Of a stretch of DNA of 64,000 nucleotides, positions 58,660 through 64,000 are shown one piece after another; the stretch's first letter is position 1; every line of letters begins with the position of its first letter. This DNA comes from Hydrolagus colliei (lineage: Eukaryota). The notes under the pieces are model-generated. The model was given only the letters and a program-made list of their open reading frames with translations. It ran no database searches and was not told the origin of the DNA. A program made the translations under genes and the position numbers. The DNA is taken from the NCBI GenBank assembly GCA_035084275.1, contig CM068777.1:1116001-1180000 (forward strand), read 5' to 3'.

Positions 58660-59032
58660 TGAAAAGTGGGAGAGAAGAGGGTGGGGGGAGAGGAGGGTGG
58701 GAGGAGAGAGGAGAGTGGAGTGGCAGGGAGGAGGGTGAGAGAGGACGGAGAGAGGAGGGTGAAGGAGAGGGGAGGGTGGGGGAGGGAGAGAGGAGGGAGG
58801 GGAGGGGGGAGGTTGCGGGGGAGAGGAGGGTGGGGAGAGAGGTGGCAGAGAGGGAGGGTGGGGGGAGGGAGGTGGTGGGGGAGAGTGGAGGGTGACGGAG
58901 AGAGGAGGATGGTGGAGAGAAGGGGGTAGGGGAGAGGTGGGGAGAGAGGAGGGTGGGAGAGAGAGGGGAGGAGAGAGGGGAGAGGTGGGGAGGGAGGAGG
59001 GGGAGAGAGGAGGAGAGGGAGGAGGGTGGGAG
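58660..59032. repeat. GA-rich low-complexity tract
   Basis: Almost pure purine; similar tracts at 18620-18970 and 63625-63995. Confidence 0.9.
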
Positions 59033-59390
59033 AAAGTTGCTCTCTTAAACTCCTCTGTGCAAGTTGATTTTGTTTGTCTTCCCGCTCACTTGGCGACTCT
59101 GTTGATGCTAAGCTGAGGAGAATCCCTGGAGCTCAGAGGTTAGAGCGCTCGCCTCGCAAGCGAGAGGATCTGGGTTCAATTCCCTGGTGGGGGGTAACCT
59201 TAGACATGTTTCTTTACTCTCTACATACACACAGACACACACACGCACCTCTGTTTACCCAGCAGTTATTGGTCGATCGGTGGATCACTTTTCCAGGGAG
59301 TAATAATCTCTTCAAAATAAATAATTATATAAATCGATCATTTTCAACCCACGGCTCTGTGTGTGTGTGTGTCGTGTGTGTGGGGGGGGA

Positions 59391-59590
59391 NNNNNNNNNN
59401 NNNNNNNNNNNNNNNNNNNNNNNNNNNNNNNNNNNNNNNNNNNNNNNNNNNNNNNNNNNNNNNNNNNNNNNNNNNNNNNNNNNNNNNNNNNNNNNNNNNN
59501 NNNNNNNNNNNNNNNNNNNNNNNNNNNNNNNNNNNNNNNNNNNNNNNNNNNNNNNNNNNNNNNNNNNNNNNNNNNNNNNNNNNNNNNNNN
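59391..59590. other. Assembly gap (200 N)
   Basis: Run of N. Confidence 1.
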
Positions 59591-59607
59591 TCAGCTAGGA
59601 CCACCCT

Positions 59608-59608
59608 C

Positions 59609-59657
<49 letters not shown>

Positions 59658-59700
59658 AGTTAGTTAGTTGGTTGGTTAGTTGGTCTAGTTGGTTAGTTAG
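59608..59700. repeat. (TTAG)n microsatellite
   Basis: Tandem ttag/ttgg units. Confidence 0.9.
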
Positions 59701-59814
59701 TGCTTTGGCTGCAGGGTTAACAGGAGCTGTAGTGGGATGATTCCCTGCCCTAATGGCTGGGAGGGAGCAGTGCTGTCAGCTCCAGTGGAGCTCAGGATAC
59801 ACTGTGACCCTCAG

Positions 59815-60948
59815 CCTGGCTCAACCTTCAAGGCACAGTCCTTGACTGGTTCCATTCTTATTTGACCCACCGTTTACATTCGGTCCCCTCCTTTTCACCC
59901 TTTACACGCTCCCTATGGGCGACATTATCCGCAAACATGGGGTAAATTTCCACATGTATGCAGACGACACCCAGTTGTACCTTTCTGCCTCATCCCTCAA
60001 CCCCCAGACCATCGATGTTCTGACAGCATGTCTGTCCGACATCGAGTCCTGGACGAGGGACAACTTTTTGCAATTGAACGTGAATAAGACCGAGGCCCTC
60101 CTGATTGGCTCAAGCCAGTGCCTCCGCACATCGAGCGCTGCCAGCCTCAACATCCAAGGCTGCACTCTCCACCTCACAAAGCCAATCAGGAACCTCGGCA
60201 TCATGTTCGATCAAAAACTTCCCTTCCTACCCCACATCCGCACCTTGACCGGCACCGCTTATTTCCATCTGCGCAACATTGCCAGGCTCCGCAACTATCT
60301 TACCTCCCACGCTGCCGAAACACTCGTGCACGCGTACATCACCTCACGGCTGGACTACGGAAACTCTCTCCTCGTCGGCCTCCCCAGTTCCTCCATTCAC
60401 AGGCTGCAGGCCATCCAAAACTCTGCAGCCCGTGTACTATCCCGCACCCGCCTCCGCGACCACATAACCCCCACCCTCGCCCGTCTCCACTGGCTCCCCA
60501 TCCTCCAGAGGATCGAGGTCAAGATCCTCGTCCTCACCTACAAGGCCTTACACGGCCTTGCCCCATCCTACCTAACCGATCTACTCTCCCCCTACACGCC
60601 CACCCGGACCCTCCGTTCAACAGGACTTGGCCTGCTCCAAGCCCCCCGCCCGAACCACCCCACCATCGGAGGCCGGGCCTTCAGTTTCTCTGCTCCCACC
60701 CTATGGAATGCCATCCCTCAATCCCTCCGTTTCGTCTCTTCCCTTTTCTCTTTCAAGGCCGGTTTGAAGACTTTCCTCTTCGATCGTGCCTTCTCTTCCA
60801 CCCCGAACTCTTCTACCTCCCCTTCGTGTTTCACCCCTTCCCAAACATTCCCCTCCCAGCTCGGGTCACACGCCTCCTGTGCAGCGCCTTGGGACGTCCT
60901 CCCGACGTGAAAGGCGCTCTATAAATGTAATTTGTTGTTGTTGTTGTT
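59815..60948 (+). mobile_element. L2 LINE, 5'-truncated, with an open 331-aa RT C-terminal frame
   Basis: ORF 59915-60910 with HMYADDTQLY (RT YADD) ... SRLDYGNSLLVGLP; upstream QGTVLDWFHSYL then an internal deletion; stem-loop and (TTG)n tail. Confidence 0.95.
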
Positions 60949-63900
60949 GGCTCAGGGACAGGGGACTAGAGACCCTCATGGGGGGGGGGGGGGGGGAGAC
61001 TTTCCATTTGCCAGCTCTGTGAACCCCCAGTTTACCCCTGTCCCCTCGCTGCCCCCAGGATTCCCAGGAGGCGGGAGGGAGGTAGAGCGCCCGGCAGAGA
61101 TGGGGGTGACATGGGCATAGTGTGTGGCACTGTATTCAGCATCAAATCCTTATCCTCATCTTCAAGGCCATTCACAGCCTTGCCACCCCCTCCCCCCCAC
61201 CTCTCCGACCTACTGTCCCCCATGAACTTCCCCTCCATTCACCGGGCTCCGGCCTGCTCCGTGCCCCCCGCCCGACCCTCCCTACCATCGGTGGCCGGGC
61301 TTCCAGCCTCTCAGCCCCCCCACACTCTGGAACTCCATCCCACAGTCCCTTCGCCTCACTCCCTCCCTCACCTCCTTCAAGGCCGGTCTCAAAACCCTCC
61401 TCTTCGACTGTGCTGAGATTCCCGACAGCAGAGACACAACACTCGTTTGGAGTCATTGACATTGCCTTTATTTACTTGAAACTCCTTTCTTCAAAGTTGG
61501 CCCCAGCGCCAACTCTTCTGGGTTTAAAAACTACAACTGTGTGTGTGTATGTGTGCGCATGTGGGCTGGGTGCCTACTGGATTCATCTTCACCTCTCTCA
61601 GCTCGTCCGCCAGCCAGTAAAGCCCTGTTAACGTGATGGGGGAGGAACGAACAGGGCAAGTCTGTACACATACAGCCAGCTACCCAGAGACAAGCTCAAT
61701 CTAACATTTTTCTGAAATCAAATGGCTGACCTTAACAAAACTTTTGTGAGCATCGCCAGAGAATTTAATCCCCCACCCCACCCAAACTCAGACACTCAAT
61801 TATTCACACAAGGAATGGTACACCCAGTTTCATTTCACATATTCCAGGATTTACATCACATTCTACCAGAGACTTGCCTTTAACAACTCTTGGTGTAATA
61901 ATAATAATATAATCATCAAAAAAAACGACTTGCATTCTGATAACCCAACATCTCAAAAGTGCTTTGGCAACACAATGAGTTCACTTCAAAACGGCGTGAC
62001 TTTAAAACGATTAATAGGGTAATCCTTGCGTTCGATCCAGCTGCTTATCGCATCTTCGAGGCGTCCCAGAGCGCTCCAGAGTAAAGCAAATTAATTCACT
62101 GTTTATTTTGTGGGTGAAACACGACAGGCGACTGCACACAGCGGAGAGTCCCACAGACAGTCTGGCGATAAGAGGCCTGAGCTGGGCAAACGCTTGTGAG
62201 GTATAACATGTTGTCACATAATAATAGTTTTAAAGACAGCTGGAGTTCAGCCAAAGGGAAGCATCTCTACAGTCATGTGTGGTAAACAACCTCTCTCTCT
62301 CTCTCTTTTACACCAACCCACACAGACGTGTCCTGATACACACACACAAAAATGTCAAAACACAAGACATAGACAGGTAGACAGACAGACGGACAGACAG
62401 AGACATGCACAGATTTTGAACAAAACTTAAGCAGCTAAATACATCACTTCATCTAAAAATTGGGCAACCCACAGCTGTGTGGGGGGACGCTGCTGTGCGC
62501 GGGCGACGCTGCTGTGCGCAATTGGCTGCCGCGTTTCGCCACAAATATATAGTTGATTCCCTTTACAGTATATTCTGTGAAGGGCTTTTAAGACGTCGAT
62601 ACGATGTGAAAAGCGCTGTATCAAACGCAAGGCTTATTAGTTATTAGAATTAAAAAGACAACCAGTGGCTCATTCCACCACCTCCTGAAGCCATTGGGCT
62701 GCACACACACAGCAAAATCACTTTGGATCGTTTACACGAGATAACTCTGAAGCTGGGTTTGTCAAGAAAGCAAACAGCGGCTGGAGATATACGCGTATCT
62801 ACGTCAAGACACTGTTAACAGCTGTGAGACTCGCCTTAGACAAGTTTCCTTGCTCCACACACCCGCCTGTTTTACCCAGAGGTAAGTAGCAACTCAGTTG
62901 TCAGTTGGATGGCAGATCCCTTTCCCCCCCCCGGGGTAATAATTCCCCTAAAAAAATATTTCAGTCACTCAAAATGACTGTTTGTGGGGACGCTGCTGTG
63001 CGCACTCCGATCGACTGCCGCGTTGCGTTTCATCCACAAAAATGTAGTGTCAACTCGCTTTACAGTGTATTCCTTGAAGTGCCTCGACGACGTGATAAGG
63101 GTCAATATCATACAAGTGGGGGGAGGGTCTCGGGGGCGAGTTAATGTAGGGCAGAGGGCACAGACACAAACACGTTGATCAGATCACTTATTTAATGAGG
63201 TGAATCACGGGGTGCGGGGAGGGGCTGTGGGGTGGGGAGGGGGTGGGGGCTGTGGGGTGGAGAGGGGGTGGGGGCTGTGGGGTGGGGATTGATTGTAGAT
63301 AGCGCCAGCACTGATTACGTTGGACAGACAGTCGTTGTATTGAGCCAGAGAGGGTTGAGAACGATCGATTAACAAAATAAACCCTTTCACACTTTTGATC
63401 ATTTTTCCTTTTTTTAAAAAAGCAAATACCGGTAGTCTCATTTTTTTCTTCACACACACAAACACACAACACACACACACAACACACACACACACACACA
63501 CAACACACACACACGCGCATTACAGTATTGCTTCGGATGCGTTCGTTTGCCCATTAACGGAACGGTGTTATGATATGTTGACTGCTGTTCTAATAGAAAT
63601 CAGCTTTCTAGTCGTGAATACTAGTCTAGAGAGAGAGAGAGGTGGGGGAGAGAGAGGTGAGGGAGAGAGGGGGGGTGGGGGTGAGAGAGAGGGGGTGGGG
63701 GGGAGAGAGGGGGGGGGAGTGAGGGGAGAGAGAGGAGGGAGAAAGAGAGGGGGGAAGAGATAGTGGAGAGAGGAGGGGGGAGAGAGAGTGTGGGGAGAGA
63801 GGAGGAGAGAGAGGGGAGGGAGAGTTTGGGGAGACAGGAGGGAGAGAGAGGAGAGAGCAAGTGGGGAAGGGAGAGATGGGGGAGAAGGGGGGAAGTGAGG

Positions 63901-64000
63901 GAGGGGAGAGAGAGAGGGGGAAGAGAGAGAATGGGGGGAGGTAGGAGAGAGGGGTGGGGAGAGGAGGAAAGAGGAGAAAGAGAAAGAAACACAAATACAT

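Noticed and set aside
59032-59112. Candidate DKK exon 3 (ASTESPSEREDKQNQLAQRSLR, minus strand)
   Set aside because: No phase-1 GT or GC donor at the required position and no recognisable DKK similarity.
59608-59700. Interstitial telomeric repeat
   Set aside because: The unit is TTAG, not TTAGGG. It is an ordinary tetranucleotide microsatellite.
59915-60910. Host gene or domesticated RT (331-aa open ORF)
   Set aside because: It is a 5'-truncated L2 with an internal deletion and an intact LINE tail. The open frame reflects recent insertion.

Overview
Eukaryotic (vertebrate) genomic DNA. The mix of CR1, L2, Penelope and Deu/CORE-type SINE repeats suggests a cartilaginous fish, but the species cannot be proven from the sequence. 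It holds four protein-coding genes, reconstructed from splice sites and reading frame: the last three coding exons of IKBKB (+), a complete 7-exon ENKD1 (+), a complete 14-exon DNA polymerase beta POLB (+; 1008 nt, 335 aa, one GC-AG intron) and the last exon of a Dickkopf gene, most likely DKK4 (-). IKBKB-POLB-DKK4 matches human 8p11 synteny, whereas ENKD1 is on human 16q22. The rest is very repeat-dense: dozens of copies of one tRNA-derived SINE, CR1 and L2 LINE fragments, Penelope-derived hairpins with minimal hammerhead cores, and hAT, Tigger/pogo and CACTG (EnSpm-like) non-autonomous DNA elements, often nested. There are two assembly gaps (9851-9980, 59391-59590). Most long ORFs in the supplied track are low-complexity or repeat artefacts. 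I found no prokaryote-type system. The best leads are the ENKD1 position and its RFX X-box cluster, a ~97% identical inverted pair bracketing POLB exons 10-13, a candidate POLB poison exon, tandem donor decoys in POLB intron 1, and modular DNA transposons that share ends but differ in cargo.
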